A DNA stretch of 50,513 bases, from contig NIVC01002016.1 in NCBI GenBank assembly GCA_002269645.1, forward strand, positions 162,336 through 212,848, given 5' to 3'. Positions 14,200 through 27,783 of the stretch are shown piece by piece; within the stretch, counting starts at the first letter, position 1, and each line of letters begins with the position of its first letter. The notes beneath the pieces were generated by a model, which was not told the DNA's origin, made no database searches, and was given only the letters and a program-made list of their open reading frames with translations. A program made the position numbers and the translations under genes. This DNA is from Macrostomum lignano (Eukaryota).

Positions 14200-15624
14200 G
14201 GGTCTATGAAATTTGCTTGCGAGAAATTTGCTTACCGAAGTTTGCTTGCGGGACTTTTGCTTGCGGAACTTTGCTTGCCGAAGTCTGCTTGCCGAACTTT
14301 GCCTGCCGAACTTTGCTTGCCGAATTTTGCTTGCGGAATTTTGCTTGCCGAAGTCTGCTTGCCGAACTTTGCTTGCGGAATTTTGCCTGCCGAAGTTTGC
14401 TTGCCGAACTTTGCTTGCCGAATTTTGCTTGCAGGAAATTTGCTTGCCGAACTTTGCTTGCCGAAGTCTGCTTGCCGAACTTTGCTTGCGGAATTTTGCC
14501 TGCCGAAGTTTGCTTGCCGAACTTTGCTTGCCGAAGTTTGCTTGCCGAACTTTGCTTGCCGAATTTTGCTTGCAGGAAATTTGCTTGCTGCACATAAGCT
14601 TGCCGAAGTTTGCTTGCAGGAACTTTGCTTGCCGAAGTTTGCTTGCAGGAACTTTGCTTGCTGCACATAAGCTTGCCGAAGTTTGCTTGCAGGAACTTTG
14701 CTTGCCGAAGTTTGCTTGCAGGAACTTTGCTTGCTGCACATAAGCTTGCCGAAGTTTGCTTGCAGGAACTTTTCTTGCCGAAGTTTGCTTGCAGGAACTT
14801 TTCTTGCCGAAGTTTGCTTGCAGGAACTTTGCTTGCCGAAGTTTGCTTGCAGGAACTTTTCTTGCCGAAGTTTGCTTGCAGGAACTTTGCTTGCCGAAGT
14901 TTGCTTGCAGGAACTTTCCTTGCCGAAGTTTGCTTGCAGGAAATTTGCTTGCGAGGTTTGCCAGCCAAAGTTTTCCTGCGGAGCCTTAAAGAACCTATTT
15001 TTGAGCTCTTGTATTTCTAATTTTCATTTTCTAAGATTCGTGGAAGTCGCCTATAGAGTGTTATGATTTTGTATGAGGATATGGCGGATTATTACATTTT
15101 ATATACTAATATATTATTAGTATATGCATTATTATACATTAGCATCACTGCAATTATCATATCTGCTCAATCGTGCTGAAATCAGGAACTACAAAGATTT
15201 ATACTGCTACCGATCCCTATCTAGTATCTACCAATACTAAATCTCTAAGCATTCTATATACTTAATTCTTAGAATACAAAACTCTATAAGCCAAGTTTCA
15301 AAGCTTTTATGGTGTCAAGTCAGTTTACGTCGACCCTGATAAGAATCTACTTGCAAAGCATCTGTAGTAAGTAATAATTGACTGACCAACTTCACAAGCA
15401 ATCAAAACAAGCAAGCAAATAAGAAAATAATTCCGCAAGTTAAAATATTGCGATTGTGCGATTGCGAATTCTAGAAAGCAAAGTTCGGCAAGCGAAATTC
15501 CTGCAAGCAAAGTTCGGCAAGCAAAGTTCGGCAGGCAAAGTTCCTGCAAGTAAATTTCCTGCAAGCAAAGCTCGGCAAGCAAAGCTCGGCAAGCAAACTT
15601 CCCGCAAGCAAACGTCGTACTCCC
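14200..15624. mobile_element. Foldback/Mutator-like non-autonomous element with minisatellite inverted termini
   Basis: 14-bp unit TTTGCTTGCCGAAN at 14210-14960 and the same unit inverted at about 15470-15612. GGG...CCC ends; perfect 9-bp TSD AGCGACAAC at 14191-14199 and 15625-15633. Confidence 0.85.
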
Positions 15625-16025
15625 AGCGACAACGTGCATGCTGAAGGTGGAATACTAAAAGCAGAGCTGTTGCTTAAGCATATAGACAAGGTTGTGCAAT
15701 CAGATTCTAGCTCGTAGCGAATTGACCAACAACTTTAGTATCTGTCTTTTAAAGGCATTGGCATTGGTTACGTCGGGGGCGGCTGGTCCCTAGAAAATAA
15801 GCACCTTGAAGAGAGGCGCGTCTTTTCTCGGCACTATTCTATATGTCCGCATTGCAAACACAGAAAGAAGTGCCTATTGCGAGCGCTTGTGGTCTGAGGC
15901 GGTCAAGGCCTTGTACCGGCTGCTGCATCCGGGTAATGATTTTTAAGTGCGAGTCTACAGAGCAAAAGACTGCACCTTCACCCACCCTGTCCACTGGGGA
16001 TCTTCGATTCTATAGGGTTAAAAAG

Positions 16026-16531
16026 GGGTCGCCATCATAAACCTGAAAACTCATAACTCATAAACCTCATAACTCCGAAGGCACTCCCTATAATAAACCC
16101 GAAATATCATAACTCGGAAAGTTATAGCAATGTCAATGCTATTTTAATTTTCAGAGTTGTGATATTTCGGGTTTGTAATATTTCGGGTTTGTAATATTTC
16201 GGGTTTGTGATATTTCGGGTTTGTAATATTTCGAGTTTGTGATATTTCGGGTTTGTGACATTTCGGGTTTGTGATATTTCGGGTTTGTAATATTTCGGGT
16301 TTGTAATATTTCGGGTTTGTGATATTTCGGGTTTGTGATATTTCGGGGTTATGGTACTTCGGGTTTGTGATATTTCGGGGTTATGGTATTTCGGGTTTGT
16401 GATATTTCGGGGTTATGGTATTTCGGGTTTGTGATATTTCGGGGTTATGGTATTTCGGGCTTGTGATATTTCGGGTTTATGATGGAAAGCGCTTTTCGGA
16501 GTTGTGATGTTTCAGGTTTATGATGCCCCCC
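16026..16531. mobile_element. Small Foldback/Mutator-like MITE with a 16-bp repeat array
   Basis: GGGTCGCCATCATAAACCTGAAA versus TTTCAGGTTTATGATGCCCCCC. Array GATATTTCGGGTTTGT at 16155-16480 with inverted units at 16095-16115. Degenerate 9-bp TSD GTTAAAAAG/GTTAAACAC. Confidence 0.65.
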
Positions 16532-17247
16532 GTTAAACACCATTTTGGACGCTCCCTCTCTAGGCAGGGGGGGGGGGAATATGGCCCTGTTGACATGTAA
16601 AAATCCCCTTCCCTTGAATTAGTACTGATTGAAGAAGCTTCTCTCTTGCTGTCGTGTGACGCTGGTAATGAGCAAAAACAGGGCGGTAGAATCCCTTTTG
16701 CTTCCCCAACCATAAAAATTGCTGCTATGATGCTACATGTAGAATATATGTCAATGCACTACCCAATTCGCCTTGAACAATTATGCGTCTGCTTTTGTGC
16801 CTATACATTTGCTATCAATATGCCGATTTTTATCGAAAATATGTCCAAAGTTTAACTGATATAAACATTACATTAGACATGTGCGACTGCAATTGCCTAA
16901 ACTTTATGTATTTATTCTTGCTGATAAAACGATGTGCACCTTTGACGATGTGTATCGAAAATTAAAATTTTTAATAAAAAACATCCTGGCAATAAAGGTG
17001 TGGTTTCTACGCGTAAACGGATTATGCAAATATTTTTTGATAGCAGCGAATGGAGTTTCACCAGAGACAAACTGGCAGAGAAATTTGTGTAAACGCAGAT
17101 GCACCAAAGAGATGGGAACAGCTAACAGAACAGAAGTTGGTTTCTGGTAAAATTTCATGAAAAATTAGCTTAGTAAACCTCGCCGAACCTCGGGCCAGCT
17201 ACTTAATTAGTTCAATGTAGTAACGGAATAATAACTTGGCTTGAGTC

Positions 17248-19081
<1,834 letters not shown>

Positions 19082-20520
19082 TGCCAGTGTCAGCTGATGG
19101 AATTCCAGGAGTTTTTAACCAAACCTAATTTAAGGTCAGGGACGGGGCTCATGAATATAATAAAAATTTATAAAAATTTATAGCTACATGTATAATGTAC
19201 TGCAGCTTGTACCTGCACATCTACAGTTTATTATTATGTCATCTACAATTGATACTTTAAATCATTGCCTGGATTTTTTGAGTAGGCAGCGATGTACTAC
19301 GTCGATACGTCTTGCGTGTGTGGCTGCCCCATTCTTAATCAGTATTACGGTATTACTATACATGTTACTATGCAAAATAAGGCCCAGAATTAAATAAAAA
19401 TTTGAACAAAACCCTATTAATTACTTACCAGTAGATATAATTCGAGTAAAATGCATATAAATCTGTTGAAAATTAAAGACGGAGAATGCTGCTCGCTGTT
19501 CAAATGCGGAGCAAACTAGATTTTTGATTAGTTGCTTGGTTTTTTATCGTGAAAATAATAACAAAATTAAATGTATACAAACATAAAAGGCAAATATAGT
19601 ATTCTAAGGCGTCTTTTTCTAAAAAAAGTTAATTCTAGGTAAATTTATTGAGAAACAATTCGATAAGAAGTCACTTTATGTACATACGTTACATAAAAAA
19701 ATATTACAAGTGTAAAAGGAATAGATTGGTTGCTAACTTGTTCTGCATGTGGATCGTCTGTCTTATTCTAATTTGTAATATTGTATGACGAATGAACCGG
19801 GAGCAAAAGTAGCCCTGTTAAGTAAATATGAGAAAGACAAAGGTACCAAATATTTTCTATTAGCTGGATACGTTTTACTTTGTTATCAATCCTATGGCTA
19901 TCAATGACTCAGACTCAGCTGTCTCAGGCCTCAACATATAGGCCTACATCATATGGAATGGAAAAAATTAGGCCTCAACTAAAAGTATCAGTATTAGCCA
20001 GGCGTCCTAACATGCTACAATCAGCTTTTAAAGTGAAGAAAATGAAAAAAATGTCAAAAAAATAGTTTAACGAATGATTCAAGAAGATTGCTGCTCTTTC
20101 TAGCATTATAGACATAGTGCCATGTCTATTTCTTTAGTTTAAACATGCCTATTAGAAATGCCTATTTACCCATATAGAGGCATAGAGCATATTGGCATTG
20201 CATGTTTACCTTCAAATAATAATTTAGATCTGCTGCATTAGTACTGGCTAAGGGCTGATTTGCTATATTTTTGTAAGCCCCCTAGGCCCTATAACTATTA
20301 CTTGTAATAATGGTAATATTATTAAACATAAAGGACTCTTTTCTCAATGTTGTTAATCTTTTATATAAGTAGGCACATAGCCAAGATTCACATTAAGACT
20401 TAGGGGGGGGGGGGTTAAGATGATCTTAATCCATTATCAATGTTAGTAAATTAGCAATAAAAGCAAAATACAAAAGCAATTAAAAATTCTCTTTCTAGGG
20501 GGGACATTGGACATATCTTA

Positions 20521-20754
20521 CCCTATTGCAGCCAAGGTCTGAACCGCGCCGGATGCCCCCCTTTCCCGCGCCAGACATCTACCCATACCGCGCCAGGGCC
20601 AATCCCCAGGATCAGTGATTTGGTTCAATTTTCCTATGCCCCCGCGCTGCCGCCACATGCCACGCCACCCCACGCTGCTGCCACGCGCCGCGCCGCCGCC
20701 AGGCCAATCTGCGCCAGACGCCGTCCATAAAAATGGCCATTGGCTGCAATAGGG
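20521..20754. mobile_element. GC-rich MITE, 15-bp TIR, 8-bp TSD
   Basis: CCCTATTGCAGCCAA...TTGGCTGCAATAGGG flanked by ATATCTTA at 20513-20520 and 20755-20762. Confidence 0.85.
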
Positions 20755-23413
20755 ATATCTTACATATTACACCCTTGTGTATAAGTGTATACTTGTTATT
20801 AATTTGCTCTTATTTGATTTATTCTCCATGGCAATCACAAACTTGTTAGCTATATAGGGGGGCCTAGACATGAAAGTATTTAAATCAATTGTATATTAGA
20901 TTCTTATACTTATATATGATTTATATACATAATTCATTACTATTGTTGGCAGAAAAAGTAAGAAAAGCTAAGTATTTTTCACTTTATTCATGTAGACTGG
21001 AGTCAATTCTTGAGTTTGAGCAATTGCTCACTTTATTCATAGGCCTATGTTGTAATGAAGTTATTGATACTATAAAGGTATAAGGGCCATTCTATATAAT
21101 TATGGTCATAACATGAACAGACTGACTATTTTTACTTATAAAATGAAATCTAATAATAGAATATACTAAACCAATATTTTGAATGAAAGATTATTTTGTC
21201 AAGAATATGTTTATAAAGTTTCATATAGATATCATCATTAGTATAGATGCTATTAAACCTTGAATGGCACTTATGGTCATAACAACAAGATTTTTGATAT
21301 TTTGCAATAATTTTTTTAAATTTGACTAAGAACATCTTTAGAAGTCATACTCTTTTATTAGAATATATAAACTCAAAAAGGCAACAAAGATACAACAGAA
21401 AAGGTAGCCTTATGGTCGTAACATTATGGTCGTAACATTTTTTTCTGTAAATTCAGTAACTTTAAAGTACTAATAGGGGCCTATATTAAAAATATAATAG
21501 ATTATATGGTTGCTAATGTTTTTATCTGATGATGCAAGTATTATAATTTTATATATAGTTTGTTTTAACCTTCTAAAGCTTTCTATTTGTTTTTAAAAGG
21601 TACATAAACTTAATGATGTCTTTTGCTTGGAAAATGTCTAATTTTTTACAAAAATAACTTTTTGCCAATTGATAACACACTAATCCAACATTTTATCATT
21701 TATTTATTCTTAGATTATATGCATTATATACAAAAAATATTTGATAAAAAATTGGCTGATAAGGCAATGACAAGCAAAAATATTGACTTTTCTATTTTCC
21801 AAATATGTCTATCTTATATGGAATGGGCCATAAGCTAAATTTTAATAATGAAAATAAAGGAAATGTTTGGGCCATATAAAGTCTTTTTGTGGGCTAGATC
21901 TACCCCAGGCTAGGGGCTGAAAGTTATTTAGGCAGTTCTATGTTAGCCTGTTCTATGCTTGGTAACCATATAAATAGTGAGATGGTTATTTTATGGTTAA
22001 CACTTAAAACAACTACTATCTAGATGAAGTAGCAAACTATAGTATAGGCCTAAGCTAAGTTGGTTTCATTTAAAAAAATAAAAATGTGATATTATTTATT
22101 GTGGAAATTCAGTACACACAAAGATTTGTTTAAATTTTTATTACAAGCTCTAAAAACCTGGAAAGCTTGAAATTTACGCTTAAAAATGAACTTGTTTCAT
22201 CTTTTTTTGCTTTTCATAAGCTCTTCCACATGATTCTATTAACTGTATGCACACTAATTTCTTATGCTATTTGATTTGATTCTGCAACTGCAAGAACATG
22301 TATGCAACTTTTCGAATATACATTTTTATATACCAGATATGCCAGATTTCAAAAAGTAAAAAATTTGCATGCCAAGTATATGCCAAAAGTTTTGAGTGTA
22401 TGCCGGATTAATCTAGTGTATCATCCCTCTTCCAGACTATGGCTAGGCCCCCCCCCCCTATTATAGCTATTTTGGTAATAGCCACTTTGGTAACAAAAAA
22501 TGAGCACTTTGGTAACAGCCACTTTGGTAACAAAGCAGATTTATGATTATCAACACTTTATTTTTATGATAATTGGGTTTAGCAATAATTAGTTTAATAA
22601 TTAATATCTCAAATATCTTATTGCACATTTCGTTAAACTTTCTAGTTAAACTGTATTATACTTTGTTAAAACTTAAACTTAGCGCATTAGCTTTGTGAAA
22701 AATTTAAAGGCAAAGAAAATTAAGCAAGTTGTGCTAACTAGATTAGAGATTCTAATGTATATGGTATATATGGCATTCTTTTGTTTTACAATCCCTGAGC
22801 AGGTCAAGTTTTGTCTTACAATCCCCATTAAAATAGAGGCAGAAAGACACTTTAGTTTATCAAAAAGTACATTTCACATTTATTTTCCAAGAACAAAATC
22901 ATTGCAACTCACTTTTCAGTCAACTTGAAGATCATGGGCATAGCATAATTATAAAAGCACATAGCTTATATTCACTTTCCTTATACGATCATTTAAATGG
23001 TGAAATTATATATAGATGATTGCAAGATGAAACCAAAAGAGCTTGTAGGTTTTGAATTACAATCATACCAATGTTAAAATTGTATTGGAGGGATGGTATG
23101 ATGAAATGGTAGGAAGTTGTTGCTATAATAGATGTTTCAACTAAACAATCAATTGCAGCTGGCCTCTACAATATATGTTTGCGGACAGAAAGCCGAGTCC
23201 CTGTGGCGCACATAAGAATAATATTGACCCTGCTCTAAATTTATTACTAAATATAAATAAATTAAAATAAGCCAGTTTAGGCATATGGGATAAATGTAAG
23301 ATTACTATTAATAGTTTAATTTTATTAAATTCTATTTCTATTAAACTTCCAAAACTAATGACAATATAGTTTAAATCCATTATTGATATATTGTACCTTA
23401 GCTTATGCCTTAT

Positions 23414-23585
23414 CATGCTTGGGCGCAACATTGGGATTTACTTGGCTATTTCTATTGGCAACACACGCATGTAAGTTGCTATTGGCTAAGAGCAATCATG
23501 TGACTACTGTTCTGTCCAATAGCAACTTACATATGTGTGTAGCCAATAGAAATGGCTGGGTGAATCCCAAAGTTGCGCATGTATG
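23414..23585. mobile_element. Hairpin MITE with 8-bp TSD
   Basis: Inverted arms of about 65-75 bp (GCGCAACATTGGGATTTAC...GTTGCTATTGG and its reverse complement), CAT...ATG ends, TGCCTTAT at 23406-23413 and 23586-23593. Confidence 0.75.
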
Positions 23586-23664
23586 TGCCTTATATATACT
23601 TAGCTTTGTGGCCTTTAAACATTATCTATTAAATAAGTCATGTATTACTATCTTACTTTTGATC

Positions 23665-24855
23665 CAAGGACTTCTAGACTAACAGGACGTAAAACTCAAA
23701 GATCGTGCAATTTTTTAGAGGCCATGATTTCCTGGAAAAAATACACTGCGGAGATAGGAAAAAATCAGTTTTTTGTCACAAAAGCAGTGATTGTATTTGA
23801 TCTGGGGCAGTGAAGACTACCATTCTTTTAATTTAACATGCACAACATGTTACTCTATTATATTTTCATATAGCTGTGTATTGAAGTTTTCATTTTCATG
23901 TTGTTTTTACTTCATTTCATAAGCCCAAAGTTGCAAATACTCACAAGTGGCATTAACCAAACTTTTTGTGCTGTTCCTTTTTTGAATCAAGTATATTTGT
24001 AATAAAAACTGTGCATGTAGGTACTCTTAATCTTTTATTGTACGGTTAGTAACTATACTAGGCCTACTAGTATTAGTTATATGGTACCTGTCTACTATTA
24101 CTACTAGGTATAATGTCTAAGAGTTATGAGTCTAAGACCTATCAAAGATTCTTGAAAATTAGGCTTTATATATGGAATCACACATCCTTTTAGGCCCTAA
24201 CTAAAATAGGCCCTAACTAAAATGACTGAATACAAGGCATGTTTGTCTTATTCATTTTCTTGCCTAATGAATAATGATATTTGATCTATGGATTCCAAAA
24301 TCTTCTTAATAAGTGTGGCATACTTATACATTTACAATTTATAGGCCTAATTTATTTCAGTTTTTTAATTTTTTTAAACATGATTCTAGCTAAAGAGAAG
24401 AAAGAAGAGAGAGATATAAAAATGGTAATATCTATCTGTCTAAATCATTAATATAATAATAATATGCAATTATGATTTTTATAAATGAAGGACTTTATTG
24501 ACCTTATAGTCCTATAGTATTTTATTGACCTGATTCAAAAAAGGAACAGCACAAAAAGTTTGGCTAATGCCACTTGTGAGTATTTGCAACTTTGGGTTTA
24601 TGAAATGAAGTAAAAACAACATGAAAATGAAAACTTCAATACACAGCTATATGAAAATATAATAGAGTAACATATTGTGCATGTTAAATTAAAAGAATGG
24701 TAGTCTTCACTGCCCCAGATCAAATACAATCACTGCTTTTGTGACAAAAAACTGATTTTTTCCTATCTCCGCAGTGTATTTTTTCCAGGAAATCGTGGCC
24801 TCTAAAAAATTGCATGATCTTTGAGTTTTACGTCCTGTTAGTCTAGAAGTCCTTG
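23665..24855. mobile_element. Non-autonomous DNA transposon with ~325-bp near-perfect TIRs
   Basis: 23665-23989 is the reverse complement of 24531-24855 with few mismatches; termini CAAGG...CCTTG; duplicated flank CTTTTGATC at 23656-23664 and 24856-24864. Confidence 0.92.
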
Positions 24856-25828
24856 CTTTTGATCCATATGGTTTAAAAACTGATTAAGCATGCATAGGTT
24901 AGTAGTAATATTAGAGAATAAATTTGAGAATGTAGCAGCAAGTAAATTAGATTTAAAAATAGACATTAGACCCTTATATATTAAGTTTCTCCCTTTATGC
25001 AACCTCTTCAAAATTTTGACATTGTCAGGTAGTCTACCAGTCCTAGACTCACAATTCTAGCCAATTTCCATAGACCTTTCCCACTTAGCATTATTTAAAA
25101 TATCTTATTAGTATTAAATATAGTTGAAAATAGAGTTCTGCTAAAACCAATTTTTTCCAATAGCCTATATGTATCTATGTCCATATCTGTAGCTAATAAA
25201 CTTTCTGTAACTTCCTATAACTTTCTTGCTGTGGTTGCAGTGGGCCATCAGCATCAAGGCATTGGGACCTCACTATTGGCTGTTATAGTTGCAGGAATGC
25301 AGCCATGAATAGTGTTCTGCAGAATGTATCTATGACACTCAATGCATACCAACTTGCTTGTCTTTATGACTGTTCTCTTCTCTCCTCTCCTCTTCCCTCT
25401 CTTTCTATCTCTTCTCTGCCCCCTTTTCTCTCTCCTCCCCTTTCCATACTTTTTTTCCTATTTCTGTCTTCTCTCATCACATATATCTTCTTAATTCCCG
25501 ATCTTAACTCAAGCCCCCACCATTCCAACCACAACATGCATGTGGTGTCAAAAATGTTTGAGTCCCTGACCCCACAGGGACTTAAGAGATGCCCTTGTAT
25601 TGAAAGTGAAAACATTTATCTTAACTTAGCCCTCCCCTATTCCAACCCCAATGTGCATGTAGTGTCAGTAATTTGTCTTTGCTGCTTGAGTCCCCAATTT
25701 CTCGGGACTTAAGAGCTCCCCTCACATTGAAAGTGAAAAGCCATAATTATGTTTATATTTTGCTTAGGCAGTAGCAACATGGCATGATATAAAATACATA
25801 CATAACTATACAATTTCATGTGTCAATC

Positions 25829-26110
25829 ATGAACTCAACTGGAGACTCAGACCAAGTACATCAGGCTGTTCTGCGAATCCCGTTCAAGGATACCAGACAT
25901 GCCGAGATTGCTTGCACCAGCCTATCTGTTGACCCTGAGCCTCCAAGAAGCTTCGTTACTAAGACTATTAGAGCAGATGGCTCGTTGGTTGTTGTGACTT
26001 TCACCTCGGGGCAAGTGAGAAAATTACGAGTGGCCATCAATTCATTTTTTGACTTTGCCACTCTTGTTATTGGCACTATTGATCGGTTTGATTTGGTGCC
26101 AGATCAGTAA
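25829..26110 (+). CDS. LAGE3: EKC/KEOPS complex subunit Pcc1/LAGE3-like (93 aa)
   Basis: LRIPFKDTRHAEIACTSLSVDPEP...KTIRADGSLVVVTF...KLRVAINSFFDFATLVIGTIDRF matches the Pcc1 family pattern and length. Confidence 0.9.
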   Translation: MNSTGDSDQVHQAVLRIPFKDTRHAEIACTSLSVDPEPPRSFVTKTIRADGSLVVVTFTSGQVRKLRVAINSFFDFATLVIGTIDRFDLVPDQ

Positions 26111-26521
26111 AGGTGCCCAAGGGTATAATTTTGCATTTCCTTCATTTTTTGCTTGGTTTAGCGCAACTCGAACTTTGAACTTTTCTGAAAGCGATTCATA
26201 AGCAACTTCTGATTTACTAAGCCCTTGTTAGTGCATTGCTGCTGCTGTTCAGATGGAGTACATTATGCCATTTTTATTCACTAATACAATCAACCATTGG
26301 ATCTTTTCAGCATATTGCTGTCTTATATTGCTTTCTGAGTGACATTCAACAGCTCAGCTATCTTTGGTGTGTCTTTTTACCTCAGACCCTCTTTAGTTGT
26401 CAGGATGGGATCGTGACCGACTACCCTGATCCTCACACTGGCCCGCCACCCTCACAGATCCTCACACTGGCTCACTACCCTCTGACCACAGAGCACAGAC
26501 TGACTACAGATCCTCACTGAC

Positions 26522-26640
26522 CACAGATACTAGAATAACTAGATAGGCCACTCAGGCATATATACTTAGTAAAACAGCTTTCTACTTTCTGTTAAGTAGC
26601 AATAAGGAATACATAATCTATTTTATAAGAAAAAGGCGGC
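26522..26640 (+). mobile_element. Solo terminus of the same P-element family as 1032-4368
   Basis: CACAGATACTAGAATAACTAGATAGGCCACTCAGGCA followed by TTCTACTTT...TAGCAATAAGGAAT aligns with the reverse complement of about 4260-4368; no partner end seen. Confidence 0.7.
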
Positions 26641-26987
26641 TGAAATGACTTTGATAAGTTTAGAAGCCCAAGCTTGCAAGGTGTAAACAACCTGCTAATT
26701 GGTTCAGCAATAATCTACAGTAGCAACTGAAATGTACACGGCAGATTTAGGCTGGAACAACCGAGGAAGTTAATAAAAATTGGGTGGCGGGGCAGTGGTA
26801 AAGCTTCTGTGTGGAGTTTAAGGGTTTAAGCTTGAGGGGGTAAGAGCCAATAAATTGAGTCTTGTCTTTAAAAATACATTAAAATGCTTCAGTTTACTTA
26901 TTACTGAACTGAAAGTAGCTTGCACGCAAATGTGCTGAGTGGCCCACGGAGTTATTCTAGTATCTTTGAAAACTGACCCGCCACCCT

Positions 26988-27667
26988 CCCAGATCCTCAG
27001 GCTGAGCGCATAGCAACCCAGATCCTCAGGCTGAGCGCATAGCAACCCAGATCCTCAGGCTGAGCGCATAACAACCCAGATCCTCAGGCTGAGCGCATAG
27101 CAACCCAGATCCTCAGACTGAGCGCATAGCAACCCAGATCCTCAGGCTGAGCGCATAACAACCCAAATCCTCAGGCTGAGCGCATAGCAACCCAGATCCT
27201 CAGGCTGAGTGCATAACAACCCAGCTCCTCAGACTGAGCGCATAACAACCCAGATCCTCAGGCTAAGCGCATAGCAACCCAGATCCTCAGACTGAGCGCA
27301 TAGCAACCCGATCCTCAGGCTGAGCGCATAACAACCCAGATCCTCAGGCTGAGCGCATAGCAACCCAGATCCTCAGACTGAGCGCATAACAACCCAGTTC
27401 CTCAGGCTGAGCGCATAGCAACCCAGATCCTCAGACTGAGCGCATAACAACCCAGATCCTCAGGCTGAGCGCATAACAACCCAGATCCTCAGGCTGAGCG
27501 CATAGCAACCCAGATCCTCAGACTGAGCGCATAGCAACCCAGATCCTCAGGCTGAGCGCATAACAACCCAGATCCTCAGGCTGAGCGCATAACAACCCAG
27601 ATCCTCAGGCTGAGCGCATAGCAACCCAGATCCTCAGACTGAGCGCATAGCAACCCAGCTCCTCAAA
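26988..27667. repeat. 29-bp minisatellite
   Basis: Unit CCCAGATCCTCAGGCTGAGCGCATAGCAA, about 23 copies, containing the palindrome CTCAG-G-CTGAG. Confidence 0.97.
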
Positions 27668-27783
27668 CTGGGCCGCCACCGCCTAGATCCAAGGCACAAA
27701 AATGAAGCAGAAAGTGCTAGTTAACTTGGAGTCAATATTTGCTAATTCAAGCTGCATAAAAATCTTCAGCTCCAGTCTGCAGC

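Noticed and set aside
13975-15689. Long ORFs of KQSSASKLRQAKF or LLAELCLPKFACR type
   Set aside because: Translations of a stop-free 14-bp tandem unit, open on both strands; part of the fold-back element.
22440-22545. CACTTTGGTAAC triplet after a C run, resembling a transposon subterminal repeat
   Set aside because: No matching opposite end or TSD found.
25505-25740. Diverged tandem duplication of about 115 bp upstream of Pcc1
   Set aside because: Only two degenerate copies, with no termini, TSD or functional signal.
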